From: Calcarisporiella thermophila CBS 279.70
Lineage: Eukaryota; Fungi; Calcarisporiellomycota
NCBI RefSeq assembly: GCF_041956535.1
Contig: NW_027192198.1
Span: 566,714 to 630,713 of the forward strand
DNA length: 64,000 nucleotides
Direction: 5' to 3'
Made by a program: the position numbers and the translations under genes. Shown one piece after another: positions 12,701 to 26,800 of the stretch. Numbering within the stretch: position 1 is the first letter of the stretch; the number at the start of each line of letters is the position of its first letter. Under the pieces are notes generated by a model that was not told the origin of the DNA, did no database searches, and saw only the letters and a list, made by a program, of their open reading frames with translations.

Positions 12701-15700
12701 CAATTGTGCATTTCAAGTATATTGAAGCCGCATGTCGCACTGGTCAGATGAAGGAGGTGGAAAGAATCTGCCGTGAGAGCAATTACTACGATCCCGAAAA
12801 AGTGAAGAACTTTTTAAAGGTTTGTACACTTACCACTTTTTTTTATATTTTATGGTTTATGCGGAATCAATATTTCTGATTTTCTCAACTATGGTAATTG
12901 TATTTTCAGGAAGCTAAACTCAGTGACCAGCTGCCGCTAATTATTGTGTGCGATCGATTTGATCTGGTGCATGATCTTGTCCTCTATCTTTACCAAAACA
13001 ATCTCCACAAATATATTGAAGTTTATGTGCAACAAGTGAACTCCTCGCGCACTCCTGCTGTTATCGGCGCATTGCTCGACGTGGACTGCAATGAATCTAT
13101 CATACAAAGCCTTCTTATGTCTGTGCGAGGTCCAGTTCCAGTCGACCAGCTTGTGGAGGAGACGGAAAAACGCAACCGGCTAAAGCTTTTGCTCCCGTGG
13201 CTAGAAGTGCGCGTAAACGAGGGCAGCCAGGACCCTTCGGTTTATAACGCTGTAGCCAAGATTTATATTGACACCAATAACAACCCCGAGCCATTCCTCA
13301 AAGAGAATCAGGTAAATTGCAAAAACTAGGAGCTAAAAATTCAACACTTATAATTGTAATTCAAAATAGTACTATGACTCTCGTGAAGTTGGAAAATATT
13401 GCGAGAAGCGCGATCCTTATCTGGCGTTTGTGGCGTACCAGCGTGGCCAATGCGATTATGAATTGGTCAATGTCACCAACGAAAATTCCATGTTCAAGCA
13501 TCAGGCGCGCTATCTGGTCAAACGCCGTGATTTGGATCTCTGGGCTCATGTACTCAATGAATCTAATGCATATCGCCGTCAGCTCATTGACCAAGTTGTT
13601 GGGGCTGCATTGCCCGAGACTTCGGACCCTGAAGATGTTTCTTTGACTGTGAAAGCTTTCATGGCGGCGGATCTACCTAATGAACTGATCGAGCTTCTTG
13701 AAAAAATTGTGCTGGAGAATTCTGCCTTTAGTGACAACCGAAACCTTCAAAATTTACTTATTTTGACGGCAATCAAAGTACAGCGGCTCTTTTTTATCCT
13801 TTTAATTTCACTTTTACTAATCTCAACGCGTATTTTGTTTAGGCCGATCAATCCAAGGTTATGGACCTAATCCAGCGTCTAGACAATTTTGATGCTCCCG
13901 ATGTGGCGACCATTGCTACTGGCGCTGGCTTGCATGAGGAGGCATTTGCTATCTACAAAAAATACAAAGTTAACACTTCTGCTGTCGATGTTTTAATTGA
14001 TAATATTGGAAGCATCGATCGTGCTTATGAGTACGCTGAACAAGTCGAAGAGCCTGAGGTTTGGAGTCGTCTTGCAAAAGCACAGCTTGAGGGCATGCGC
14101 ATTAAAGATGCCATTGGTATACCTTTTTTTTTTACTTCATTTCTTTTTATTGTTTTGATCTAGTTAAACTCTCATTTCAGATTCTTATATTCGCGCGAAT
14201 GACTCCAGCAACTATCTCGAGGTAGCTAGCTATGCGTCCCGTGCTGGCAAATATGAGGATCTTGTGCGCTTCCTACAAATGGCGCGCAAGAAAATGCGTG
14301 AGCCTTTTATTGACAGCGAACTGCTTTTTGCATATGCGAAAATCGAACATATTGCAGACATGGAGGAATTCCTTAATAGTCCTAATGTTGCTCAGATTCA
14401 GAATGTTGCGGATCGCTGCTATGATGAGAGACTCTTCGAGGCTGCTAGGATCTTGTATACTAATATTTCTAATTGGGGAAGGCTTGCTTCAACCCTCGTA
14501 CATTTGGGTGAATATCAGTCAGCTGTTGACGGTGCCCGTAAGGCGAATAATACCAAGTGAGATAATGTTTTTCTGTTATACTGCCCACCAGTTGTTAACT
14601 TTAATTTTCTGCTTCAGAGTATGGAAGGAGGTCAACGCTGCCTGTGTGGAGCATCGTGAATTCCGTCTCGCACAGATTTGTGGACTTCACTTGATAATTC
14701 ACGCTGAAGAATTGGAGCAGCTAATTAAAGTGTACGAAAGCAATGGCTATCTTGAAGAGCTTATGCAGCTTCTGGAAGCTGGGCTTGGCTTGGAACGCGC
14801 GCACATGGGTATGTTCACCGAACTTGCGATACTCTATGCTAAGTACAAGCCCGAGAAAATGATGGAGCACCTGAAGTTATTCTGGTCGCGTATTAACATT
14901 CCTAAGGTGATCCGTGCATGTGAGGAGGCACATCTATGGCCTGAGCTTGTCTTCCTTCACGTGCACTATGACGAATACGATAATGCTGCGCTGGCCATGA
15001 TGGAACACGCTGCAGACGCGTGGGAGCATGCTTCATTTAAGGACATTATAGTTAAGGTGTCCAACCTTGAAATTTGTTATAAGGCGCTGCGCTTTTACCT
15101 CGACGAGCAGCCACTTCTGATCAATGAACTCCTCTCTACACTCGCAAACCGCCTCGATCATACACGGGTAGTGAAAATGTTCCAAAAATCGGATAACATT
15201 CCCCTCATCAAGCCTTATCTTGTCTCCGTGCAACCGGTCAATAACCGCTCGGTGAACGATGCCTACAATGACCTCCTTGTGGAAGAGGAGGACTTCGTCA
15301 CCCTGCGTGATTCCACTGAAAACTTTGACAACTTTGACAGCCTGGAGCTCGCCAAGCGTCTTGAGAAACACGAACTCCTGGAATTCCGACGCATTGCTGC
15401 GCATCTTTATAAGCGCAACAAACGGTGGAACCAGTCAATCCAACTGTCAAAGCAAGACAAGCTCTATAAGGATGCCATGGAAACAGCGGCTGCATCGCGT
15501 GACACTGAGGTAGCGGAGGAACTTCTGCGGTACTTTGTCGAAATCGCGAACCGCGAATGTTTTGCTGCATGTTTGTTTACTTGCTATGATCTCCTGCGAC
15601 CTGATGTTGTGCTTGAGACCGCATGGCGCAATCAGTTGTACGATTTCGCAATGCCATATATGATTCAAATCACACGGGAATATATTGACAAGGTGAACAC

Positions 15701-15932
15701 GCTAGAGCAGAAGGAGGCTGAGAGGGCAGAAAAGGAAAAGGCAAAAGAAGCTCAGGGTAAGTCTTAGGCTCAAATTCGTTGATTCGAACCAAATCTCATA
15801 TCATTTTCTCGCTTTTTTCTAGAGCAAACTGTTGTTCCTCCTGCTGGAGGATTCAGCGCTCCGCTGATGATCACGCATACTGCCATGCCTCCCAACAATA
15901 TGGGATATGGTGTGCCTCCAGGTGGATTCTAG
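9753..15932 (+). CDS. CHC1: Clathrin heavy chain, multi-exon
   Basis: [15 protein letters not shown]...[30 protein letters not shown] repeats ([32 protein letters not shown]), ending YGVPPGGF*. Confidence 0.99.
10549..10568. repeat. (TA)n microsatellite in a clathrin intron
   Basis: About 10 TA units within the intron at ~10505-10575. Confidence 0.85.
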
Positions 15933-17319
15933 TCGAAAAGGATGGGCTGAAATTAGTATGTGAAAACTGAATCTATTTTCCTTTGTTTTTGCATATTTTA
16001 TACTTTTTTTTTGTGTGTTCATTTTTATACATATATATCTTTGTGGGCATAGATTTAATTGGGAAAATAAAATTTTTTCTTCCTGTTGTGGTTGGTAATA
16101 TAGTATGTATAGGGATAGAATGTGGGCCTTGAAGATGTTCCGGGAAGCTGAATAAGTTTGATCTACCTTGTCTGCTTGCCTCAAAAAAAAAACTAAAGTT
16201 GATTTTATTTCATCACACCACTTGTTGGTTGTTGGTGGGTAGATAGTATTGTGGTTTGCTGGAGTTCTTTTTTTCTTTCATTTAATAAAAAAATTACCTT
16301 GACTATTCATTGAGTAAATTTTTACATTGATGAATGAAATCAATTGGTTTTCATTTGATGATTATGGAGGGAAATGAAATCCTGATATAGATGATGACGA
16401 ACTATCAATCTCGATGGTGCCTGTAAGGGTAATGAGGATATTTAGATGCATCCATCTGATGGCACTCAATTATTTAATAACTGACATTACTTTGACTATT
16501 AATCCATTCTATATTTACCTTATATTAATTAATAATATTATTCCGTTTTTGTTTAATCCTCATATTTTAGGAGGCAGGGTGACGCATACCGCGCTGACTT
16601 TCAATCGTATGCACATCATATGAAAAAGGTGGCCCTTCCCCTTGGCCTTGCAGAATAATGGTGGGAGCGCATCCGTGATAAAAAATCTTTAATATGAAAT
16701 GCGTGGATCCATTTTACCATGGTTTTAATAAAAGCTCATCATTCTCTGCATCCAAGACCAATATTGCTACGGGGCAATGTTCTACCACAATGGAAGAGGA
16801 TTAATTGCGTCGATTTTGTCTCGTCCTTCTGATTTTCGTTTATATGCCAGCAAAACATATACTGTTATCATCTCACATTTCGATTCTTGATCCATTCTCA
16901 CCATCACAAACCATCCAATTTGCGACTGGTCAGAACCATCAACCCTAACCAGCGTCGCTCTCGAAATAGAAACTTAATCTCACTTATTGCTCTGCTCCTG
17001 CATCTTGTTTTAGTTGATTCTACACGTGGTAAGTCGATTGCACTCTATTTGCACTCTATATTAACTTTCTCAGTAATGTTGATTATATACAATTCTGGTC
17101 TTAATTGTGCACAGCATTTACAAACATATAAACTTTGCTGTACAAAGTTGCTTCTGTTACCTCCCCTCCCCTCTCGTTTCACTATACACTAAGAATTTCC
17201 CTACTTTATCTCCGCACATCCGAGCTGAAGGCACAGAAGAGCCCTGCAATTGTACTGTGAGTTAAGCACTAAGAACATCGAAGAGTAACGTAGTTGAGCG
17301 AAACCAGCCAAGCCTAGCA

Positions 17320-19763
17320 ATGCCCCGCACCTACACTGCTGGTTATCTTTCGGTAAAGGAAGATGGATTAAGAGCATGGATATGGAGCCGGCGATATATT
17401 GTACTCAATGAAACGACGCTCAGATTCTTCCGCAATGAGGTAAATTTTATATTGATTACCATGGGCCTTCTCTATATACTCAATCGCTTATTCAATGTGC
17501 AGCAAACTGGTCAGCCTATGACGACCTTGAACCTCTCTGATGTCGTTAATGTCACACGTAGTGAACTCAAGCCTTATTGTTTCGAGGTATCAACTCGCGA
17601 CAAGAAGACATTCTACTTTGCGTGTAAGAATGATGAAGAATTATACTCATGGATGGACGAGGTTTATCGCTTATCTCCGCTGGGAGCTTCGGGACCAACC
17701 AATTTTGTGCACCAAGTGCACGTAGGCTATGATCCATTGAAAGGGACCTTTACGGTAGGGATCTATTGTTTCAAGGTGGTAGCGGGTTAAAACCTAACTT
17801 AAACTTTCATAGGGGCTTCCGGATGCATGGATGAAATTGCTGAAAGGCTCAGCAATCACGAAGGAGGATTATGCCAAGAACCCGCAAGCCGTGCTCGATG
17901 TCCTCGAGTTTTACACCGATCAGCAGCGACGGGAAAATGAGGGATATGGTTCAAATGGCATCATGCGTTTATTACCTGAAGACGACAATCCAATGTCGCG
18001 CACACCAGCTTCTTCTAAATCTCCTTCGCCATACTTGGATGATTCTGACGGGTTTGATCGCGACTTTAGCGACCTCAGGCTGAACGATCACCCATCGAAA
18101 ATTAAAAGCCCATACGGGCGGAGTGATGCAGCCGATATGAGCCGCCGAAAGCAGCATGAAGATTCGCGCGGAGTCCCCACTCGCCCTCCCCGTCCTCCAC
18201 TTCATTTGGAGTCCTCTGACAATGGCATGCTTCGGCCTTCTCCCCCTTCATACGCGCCTCCGGTACCATCACAAACATGGGGTTGATTCGAATACTGGAC
18301 AAAATTTCTTAATTTTTCTTACTGTTATATTAGTCTCCACGACCCTCGCCTGGGAGCCCATATTCCTCGCTGCATTCTTCGTCTTCCCAGCTCCCTCCTA
18401 TTCCAAGTGGAGATCAAACCCGAGATCGCCCCAAAGATACCTCTCCCGCTCTTCCCGCTGTAAAACGCGACCAGCGTGAAATTATCCCCAAGCGTTCCGA
18501 AACGGAAAAATTAAGTTTGTCTCCGTTCAAGACAAAACCGAAGGAGCTACCCGCCGTGCCCCCTATAGCCCGCACCCCCACCGCGCCTGCTACTTCTGAG
18601 CCGCAACCCGTAAAGAAATCTGCGCCCCCCGCCAACACAGTACCTAAGAAAATTGAACAGCGGATTAGCACTATGACCGAAGCGCAAATTATGGAGAAGC
18701 TCCGTACGTGAATCTTTGCGACTCTGATTGGATATATGCCTCATTCTTGAATTATTTGCCTTTTTCTTTAGATTCGGTGGTATCCAAAGGCGATCCCAAC
18801 GCGATCTACACCAAGACCAAGAAAATTGGTCAGGGAGCATCCGGCTCAGTCTATGTTGCGAAGCACCTGGCGACAAGTAAGAAAGCAGCCATCAAGCAAA
18901 TTGATTTATCTCGTCAGCCCCGCAAAGAGTTGATTGTGAACGAGATTCTTGTGATGAAAGAAAGCCAACATCCCAACATCGTTAATTTCCTCGATTCCTA
19001 TTTGATTGGGCGCAACGAGCTGTGGGTGGTGATGGAATATATGGAGGGGGGTGCGCTGACGGATGTGATAGAAAATAACACGATGACGGAGGAGCAGATC
19101 GCGGCAGTATGTCTCGAGACGTGCAAGGGACTCTGTCACCTGCATGCACAGAACATCATCCACCGCGATATCAAAAGTGACAATGTGCTTTTAAATGCTC
19201 AGGGGCAGGTGAAGATTACCGACTTCGGATTCTGTGCGAAACTTACTGAGCAAAAGAATAAACGTGCGACCATGGTTGGCACGCCTTACTGGAGTATGTA
19301 TATTCTTTCCCGAATTTTCTTATCAACAGAATGTAACAAGAAACTTTGTGTATTTTTTTCAGTGGCTCCTGAGGTAGTGAAGCAGAAGGAATACGGTCCT
19401 AAAGTGGACATCTGGAGTTTAGGTAAGCACAAAGTTTGCTTTTTTCTTTAAAATGGTGTGCAGAGCTGAATATGTGATGGCATATTCTTAGGCATCATGG
19501 CCATTGAGATGATAGAAAAAGAACCACCTTACCTAGATGAGGAGCCCTTGAAGGCGCTCTATCTCATCGCCACAAACGGCACACCCACCCTCAAGAGTCC
19601 CCAGACTTTGAGTAGGGAGCTTAAGAGTTTTCTTGCGGTGTGCTTATGCGTCGATGTGAAAAGCCGTGCTACAGCAGACGAATTACTAGATCACGAATTT
19701 CTCAAAAAATCCGCGCCACTAAGCTCCCTGGCGCCTTTGTTAAGATTCAAGATGAATCAGTGA
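17320..19763 (+). CDS. CLA4: Cla4-type PAK (STE20 family) kinase with PH, CRIB/PBD and kinase domains
   Basis: PH ([19 protein letters not shown]...WMDEVY), CRIB ([15 protein letters not shown]), kinase ([32 protein letters not shown]). Probable 5'UTR intron near 17029-17114. Confidence 0.93.
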
Positions 19764-21853
19764 ACAAATCTGTTACAATTTTTTCCTGCCTTTTTCAGCT
19801 TCGCTTTTTCTCTTCACCGCCAGATACCTTCAATTCTTTGAAGATTCGGACAATTTGGCTTCGCATTCTGTAGCTTTCCCTTTAGTTAATGGTTTTTTTT
19901 TTGTAAGATCAAAGTTAATACATAGTGTTTTACACCACTCCGTATATTATTATTTGGTTTTTCTTTTACTATCAGACTTTCGTTATATATTTTCTTTATT
20001 TTCAGTGTTCGTGTGAATATGGTGGTATTTTTTCTCTTTGCTATGGATGAAAATTTTTTTTCGAGTGGACTTGACTGTAATCCTTATGTTTTTTTTTATA
20101 ATAATTCAATCTTTCATCCGATTCTGAAGCTTGACTCGAGTGCTCGCCATCATCAACTATTACAGACTTTCAGATAGTGCTAGAAGCTTGCCATAATCCG
20201 AAATAAGAAGAACCACTTTAACGAGAGCTGAGCTCCAATACTTTTCGTCAGCTTTTTTTCTATATAACCTGATTGCATAAACTACGCCATCACCGCTTGC
20301 ATTTGCAATTAAAGATAGAATGTTTCACGTAGAGAAAGCGTGACTAAAGATCAAGTTGAATTTGGGTAAGTAGAACTACTAGGAAAGTTCTTCGGAATGA
20401 ACATTTCTCTGCGGGCAAAACAGGTTGAAGTGCTATTTCAATAGCCGGTTCCAAGGCGATGAGGATTCGCTTGTTGGATCACCTATAATTAGCATGCGCC
20501 ATGGTTGGCTAACAAACCGGTTGGAATAATATGAAAATTAAAGCCAGATAATTGACTCTACCAGAGAAGGGTGCAATCTGCGACATAGAGTAATTTAATG
20601 AAATCAGGGATGGATCACGAAAGTTAGGCATTTGACTGACGCTATTTCCGTAACCAATGCTAATGACATTAAAACTGGCCAGATGCAGCTTTTCGATTGA
20701 ATCCAATGGGCGTGTTCTTCCCCCCCCCCCCCCTCTACAACTCATTTTGTCATGTTTAGGCGGAACTTGTAACCTGAAGAAACCAACTTCGACGCTGTCC
20801 ATGACGCATTGGGATTGCGAAGATATAGAGCGTCTACTCTCTCGATTTGGCCCACGGATAATCTGCGGGATCTATAGACACCCACATACCTTGGAATGAA
20901 ATCTTTTCCGCCGTTGCTCCTCTGGTTGAACTACGCATTTTTCTGTGTTTTCTGAGCCCAAGATTGTGGATAAGCGGTCTAAGGGCTACATTGTTTCATA
21001 CCACGTTATCGAGGTGGAACCATCGCATTTGTCGCAGGCCTTTGACTAACGAGGCTGTTTTCCACCTGGGCATTGTACATGGTGCGGTGACCAAGGACAG
21101 CCGTAGCACGATTAAAAGAATCCTGGGAACAAGAGGATGCAGTTACATATTGCATGACACGCTGTACAGATTTGTAAGAGCTTTTTTCCAATGTGACTGC
21201 AAGATTTGCATAAGCCATCTGCGCAATCCCATGCAGGTCGGTGTCCGAATGATGAGGGGGAGGGTGGGAAGCGAATCGCGTGGAAATGGGCGGGCGAAGG
21301 AAGGGCCGGATATTCGCGGAAGACAGCTTGGCTTTATTTTATGGGTGCAGGCAGTTTCGTCCAAACGTGGCCTAGATGGACGTGGGCCGTCACCCGTGAG
21401 GAGAGCAACGAGGTCGGCCGACGCACCCGTGTTGAGAAGGTTGGTGCTAACCTCCTGGTGCTGCTGCTTGAACGATGGCGTAAACCCTTTTTGCGCGCCT
21501 CTATCCCTAAAGTAGTGCACATGGCTTGCAGCTGTTCCTGTGCGCGGTGTCAGCAAGAGGAGAGAAGGGGAGGGGAAATAGAGCCGAAAGAGGGCGATGG
21601 AGTACCCTACCGCAACGAGTTACCAAAAAATTTTTATTAAAAATAGTGACGCACAATTTTCACTGGGCGATTGCCACCCTCCCTCTGCCCCTGGAAATAT
21701 ATATTCCTTGGAAATAATTTTTTTTCCCCTTCCCTGCCTCCCTCTTCTCGCGCCCCTTCCACCGTGGACTTAAGCTCTGCGCGCTTTTCTGCCTTTTTGT
21801 CTATTCTCTCTCCGGTCTGCGGCCGTCCTGCCCCACACAGCAAGAACCCTCCA

Positions 21854-22935
21854 ATGTCGTCGGATATGTTCAGTCTACCGTTTTCTCTTGGCCATGCTTG
21901 GCCAACAGTTGCGAGTGAAAAATACGCCCCACCTTCGGCCCAGCCCTTCGCCTCAGCCATCCCTGTTCGCCCTCTTATGGAGGAGCGCTCCTATCATGCC
22001 CCATACAGCGAGGCCGACTTAGCTACCAGTTCGGCCGATTGGTACGAGAACGCCTCTATTCATGCCCCTGTTCCCGCCGCAATATCAACCCCCGCCTTCA
22101 CCGCCATGCTCCCGTCTCCCCCACCTCGATACTCTTCTCAAAACCAGCTCTTGCTTTCATCGGTAAAACAGGATCCATCAATGCAGCGTAGGCGTGAATT
22201 GATGAGCGGACCAAAGGCATGTTCAAACTCCTTTTCCCTGACTAGCCCCCCGCTCTCTGAGGGCGAAGAGCCGACCAAACGCCATCCATGCACATCCGGA
22301 GGCCGCCGGGGAAACACAGGGAATCGTCCACCGAATTCCTACACTGCTCTTATCAAAGAGGCAATCGAGTCTAGTCCGCAAAAGAAAATGACTGTCTCTG
22401 AAATCTACGACTACTTTCTGACACATTACCCCTTCTTCAGAACAACAACCTGCACCTGGAAAGTAAGTATCATTCACCTTATTACTTGGTGGGGTATTTT
22501 TGCTTGCACTTGCTCTGACTCAGTCAACTGTGCCATACACATTGCTTTAACCCTGTCTTCCATACAATTCCAATGTAGAATTCAATTCGTCACAATCTTA
22601 CAATGAAACGCATATTCGTTCGGGATGCAAGACCAAGCAATGAGCCCGGAAAGGGGGGTTTCTGGACTGTGGACACAAGGATAAAGGAGGAGGCGAACAC
22701 AGAGTCGCGACGAAAGCCTTGCCATTTCATAACAAACCGGAGGGATGATGAGGTGAATATCACCGCCTCTTCCTCGGCCCCTTCCCTCAGCTCTTGCTAC
22801 TACCATAACTACCTTTCATCGTCGGAAGACACGACTGGGGTCTCCTACTTCGCCTACGCCTCTCCAACTACAAACTCCACCTCATCCGGCTACTCATTAA
22901 CTTCAACGGTACCTCTTACATCCCAGTTTCAATAG
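21854..22935 (+). CDS. Forkhead-box transcription factor, 2 exons
   Basis: RPPNSYTALIKEAIESSPQKKMTVSEIYDYF...WK|NSIRHNLTMKRIFVR...PGKGGFWTVD. Intron 22462-22578. Confidence 0.93.
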
Positions 22936-23857
22936 CTTTCATCGGTTCTATTTATACATGATATATCCTATATTTGTGTGTATAGTTTCTCGCTCTTGGA
23001 TGTATGATATATAAATATACATATATATATATTTATTTATTTCTGTTATGACTGGAGAGTGTTATTTATCAATATTAATTAGCCATATAGCATTTAAAAG
23101 CTGTAATAAAGTGGATTTGATCGAATCAATTGCTCTCAGACATGGGGCGGGGAAATTGACGGCGGCGCTAATGTCTTTCCGCTTGGTCCAGCAGTGTTTC
23201 TAGCCTCGCTACAAGTACACAAAGGAAAAACTAGTCGCTAAGGCATAGGAGAAAATCAACCACTCTTATGTAGTATATCTCAAGCAGCGAAAGAATCGCC
23301 CGCCTCGTTGGCTTTTAATTTTTATTGGCCTTCTTATTCGATGTTCTAGTATCTCGTCTGTTTGTGGCAGGATGGAGATGGCAAATAAGGACATTAGGTT
23401 GGGTTAGGTATTTTGCTGCGGGAAATGTTGCCGCCTTTTTTCATCCAGTGGGGAAAAGTCCCAAGTCAAAGCGACAGCAGTCTTTAAATGTAGCTGATTC
23501 TTACCATTGATTTTGTTTTACATCCCCAGGTTGTCTATCCTAATTCGCTATTTCTTCTATTTTTTTCTCCTTTTTTAATTAAGAATGCAATTCAGCATTG
23601 CTGCAGAGCATTTTTTTTTATCCTATCTCTAGCTATATTTATCGCCTTTTCATTTGCAAACTGGAATTTTTAAGGCAAGTCATGTGTGAGAATTGCTCGA
23701 CCCATTGATGCAATTTGCTGTTCAATCTGATCCTTTAAAGCGAATCCATTGGTCTAATGCATTTTGTTTGCATGCTTGAAATCTACAGGAGAGGTGTTCC
23801 GATCCCAGGGATTCTTTTGTATATTTTGCATTTATCTGTCGTCTTCTTTCTACGAAG

Positions 23858-26800
23858 ATGAGAAAGTGGAAACGTGATCCATGTACTTCAAAATCTTCAC
23901 TCCAGCAGGACATTTCCCACAACACTGAAAATCAAGCAAGTACCAATGTGCAGCCATTGATTGCTCCAGATCATGAACCATCTCCCTCTACCCAGCATCC
24001 AGCATTCACGCCCTCAACCCCTGTCCGAATCCCATCAGAAAAGGTGCTTATGGGTGGACGGCCTCGCTCCGGATCGAACGAGAGCTGCCCAGAGAAGGCC
24101 GGATCATCGCGACAGAAAAAGAAGAAAAAGCGGCGCTCTTCTCCCTTGTTTGAGGCACACTCTCAACACAATGGCCCAGCCTTCCATACAATGGGCCCAT
24201 ATACACCTCCACCGCACTTTTCCGCTGCAAATGCGCATCCGTCAACCATCGACATGCCGCCGGGGAGTGCCGAGGAGGGCAGAATGCCCAATCCTCCCAG
24301 CCAATCTGGAAATATTGGGCAAGCCTCCACTGAGCTGCCCAGTGGCAAAGAGGGTGGTACTGTATTTGCAGCTGCACTCCCTGGATCTCCACTAGATACT
24401 GCTTACGGTGAACCTGTGAAGCAGCGACGGCCGCACCGCTCTGATAAAGAAAGCAGATACGACCCATTTTCGGATACTTCTGCTCTCCCGTTGAAAGAGT
24501 CACAATCCTCTTCCGTTTCCCCTACTGAGTCACCCAAAGTGAAGAGTGTGCCTATCCCGCACCCTCTCCTGATCAGTCGGACCGGCCGATCCTCATTTTC
24601 TTTGAGCGATGATGTGGGCGACGCTAGTTCTTTGCTCTCTACCGAACACTCCTCACTGCCCGGCTCATCAAGTTATCAATACAGTGGTTCGGCAGAGAGC
24701 TATGGACGCGCTCCGGCGCTTATGCGCCGGAACACGTCTGTTCTGTGTGAATACGGTAGTAGCCCCAGCAGCGAGTTGGATGCCTCGCCCCGGTCCATCA
24801 ATATACCCGGGAGCGGTGGCAAATTTTTGGTGAAATCGCGTCGTACTTCGTGGATAGATGCGAGCGCGCGCCCCGAGGCAGGCATGAATGCTATGTCTGG
24901 GATACACGGTGGGGGTAGCTCACCTTGTTCACCGAGCCAAATAAACGCACGTGGAATGCATCGCCAAAGGAGATCCTCCATGGCTGAAGGTATTTTGAAT
25001 ATCAGAAACCCGACCTTTGCTCCAGCCATGTCTTCTCTCTCGACTCTCTCTTCGGGCGCGGGAGAGGACACGCCGACTTCCACCCCTCCACACCACCAGC
25101 GAAGCATCTCGTATTTTGGAGATACAAAGTCATCCGGCTTCTATGACTGGGGCTTTGTCTCGAAACCCCGCCCCCCACAACCCCTTGCTTCCACTTCATC
25201 CTCAGCCGTCGCTCTGCCACCTAAGCTCGGTGACAACGAAGCTTGCAGGTCGTCAGAAGATGCAAAAATGTCCGACTTTGGAAGTATTGAGGCTGGCTCT
25301 TCTAAATCTAAATCCGATAGCGACTCTACCGGTTCCAAATCCCCCTTGTACGCAAGTCCAATCCCAAATGTCACCCCAGCAATGGCTCCGTTCCGAACCC
25401 CTTTACGCTCATCGGTATACAATGATGGGAACATGTCGGATGTTGAAGATTTGGAGGGGACGACACGGCATACCCCATCCAGCATCAATCCCGTTTCAAT
25501 TTCGCGTACATCTGCTTCGTCCAAACCCGCGCCTGGATTTTTGTCGCTTCGTCCCTCTAGCCCGCTTGCTGCCCCGCCGATTAATCGTCCCGAAATGGAG
25601 GGTGACCTGGCTAAATTGAAGCGACACATTCCAGGGATGCTCTCACTCGCTAGACCACCTTTTCCTCCACCTACTCTTGATTCTTCACCAATGGAAAGGC
25701 ACCATCGACGTGCTCGCTCTTGTATTTATAATTTGAGACAAGAGGATAGTACTGGGCATGATTCCGCCAATTACGGGGATAAACCTCGACCAACCGGGCG
25801 TTCTTCTCAGGCAACCCATACATCCGTTGAGCGTCGAGCGCAACGCCGACTTTTTGGAGATGAGCCTGGAAACTCTTTGCCTTCGCATGCACGTGTTGGA
25901 GCCAATGCAGAGCCGTTATATTCTCAGAGCGAAGAGCAGAATTGTATTTCCATCCCTGAGGATGTGCAATTCCTATTGGGATCACGGTACATGGAGTTGA
26001 GCAGTTCATCCCCTTTTCTATTGGATACTCAGTCATCTCAGTTCACCGATTTCAAAGCTCTGTCACTTCAAGGTATGCTCTATAATTTATGTGCATTTTT
26101 TTTTCTTGCAATTTAACTCGAGATGCTTTGAACGTCCCCCCCTCCATTATCGATAGACAATCGAACAGAAACCCACGGTGAAAAATATGGAGCAAAGCTG
26201 GAGATAGAAGCAGAAACTTGTGCGCGTACCCTCCTCTGGTCACGCTCCGTCAAACTTATACGATGGCGAGATCGGCTACAGAAAAGAATTGGACATTCTT
26301 TGGAACCGTCAAATTCGATTGCAAACAAGTTGCCGCTTGAGCCTAATTCTGACAAATCATCAGCCGAAGCATTCGTTTGCGAGTTGGATACCATCATGTG
26401 GGTAGATTGGTCGGATTGCTTGAACAATTCCAAAAATCACCGCGAAAAGCGTATTAAAAGAGACGCTCATGTACAATCCGAGGAACATTTCGGCGATGAA
26501 GGTCGAAAGCAAAAGCAAGATGTTGACGAATTCCCTGAGCACGTGATGCATTGGTGGGCCGAAGTGAGAGAAAAATATAAAAAACTGTGGATGTTTTTCG
26601 CAGGAAATCTACCCGGAGAGGGGAGTATACAGCCACGCATCTTACCTAATTTCATGAAAGGCTCTGTACCCGACATGGCTTCTACCGAGATTATGGGCGC
26701 AGTTATGCAGGGAGAGCAAGAAACCAACATCAATCTCTCTCAGGGGCTGCGAAGACGACTATCGCAAAACTGGCGACCTCAGCTGACCCTCGACTTCAGT

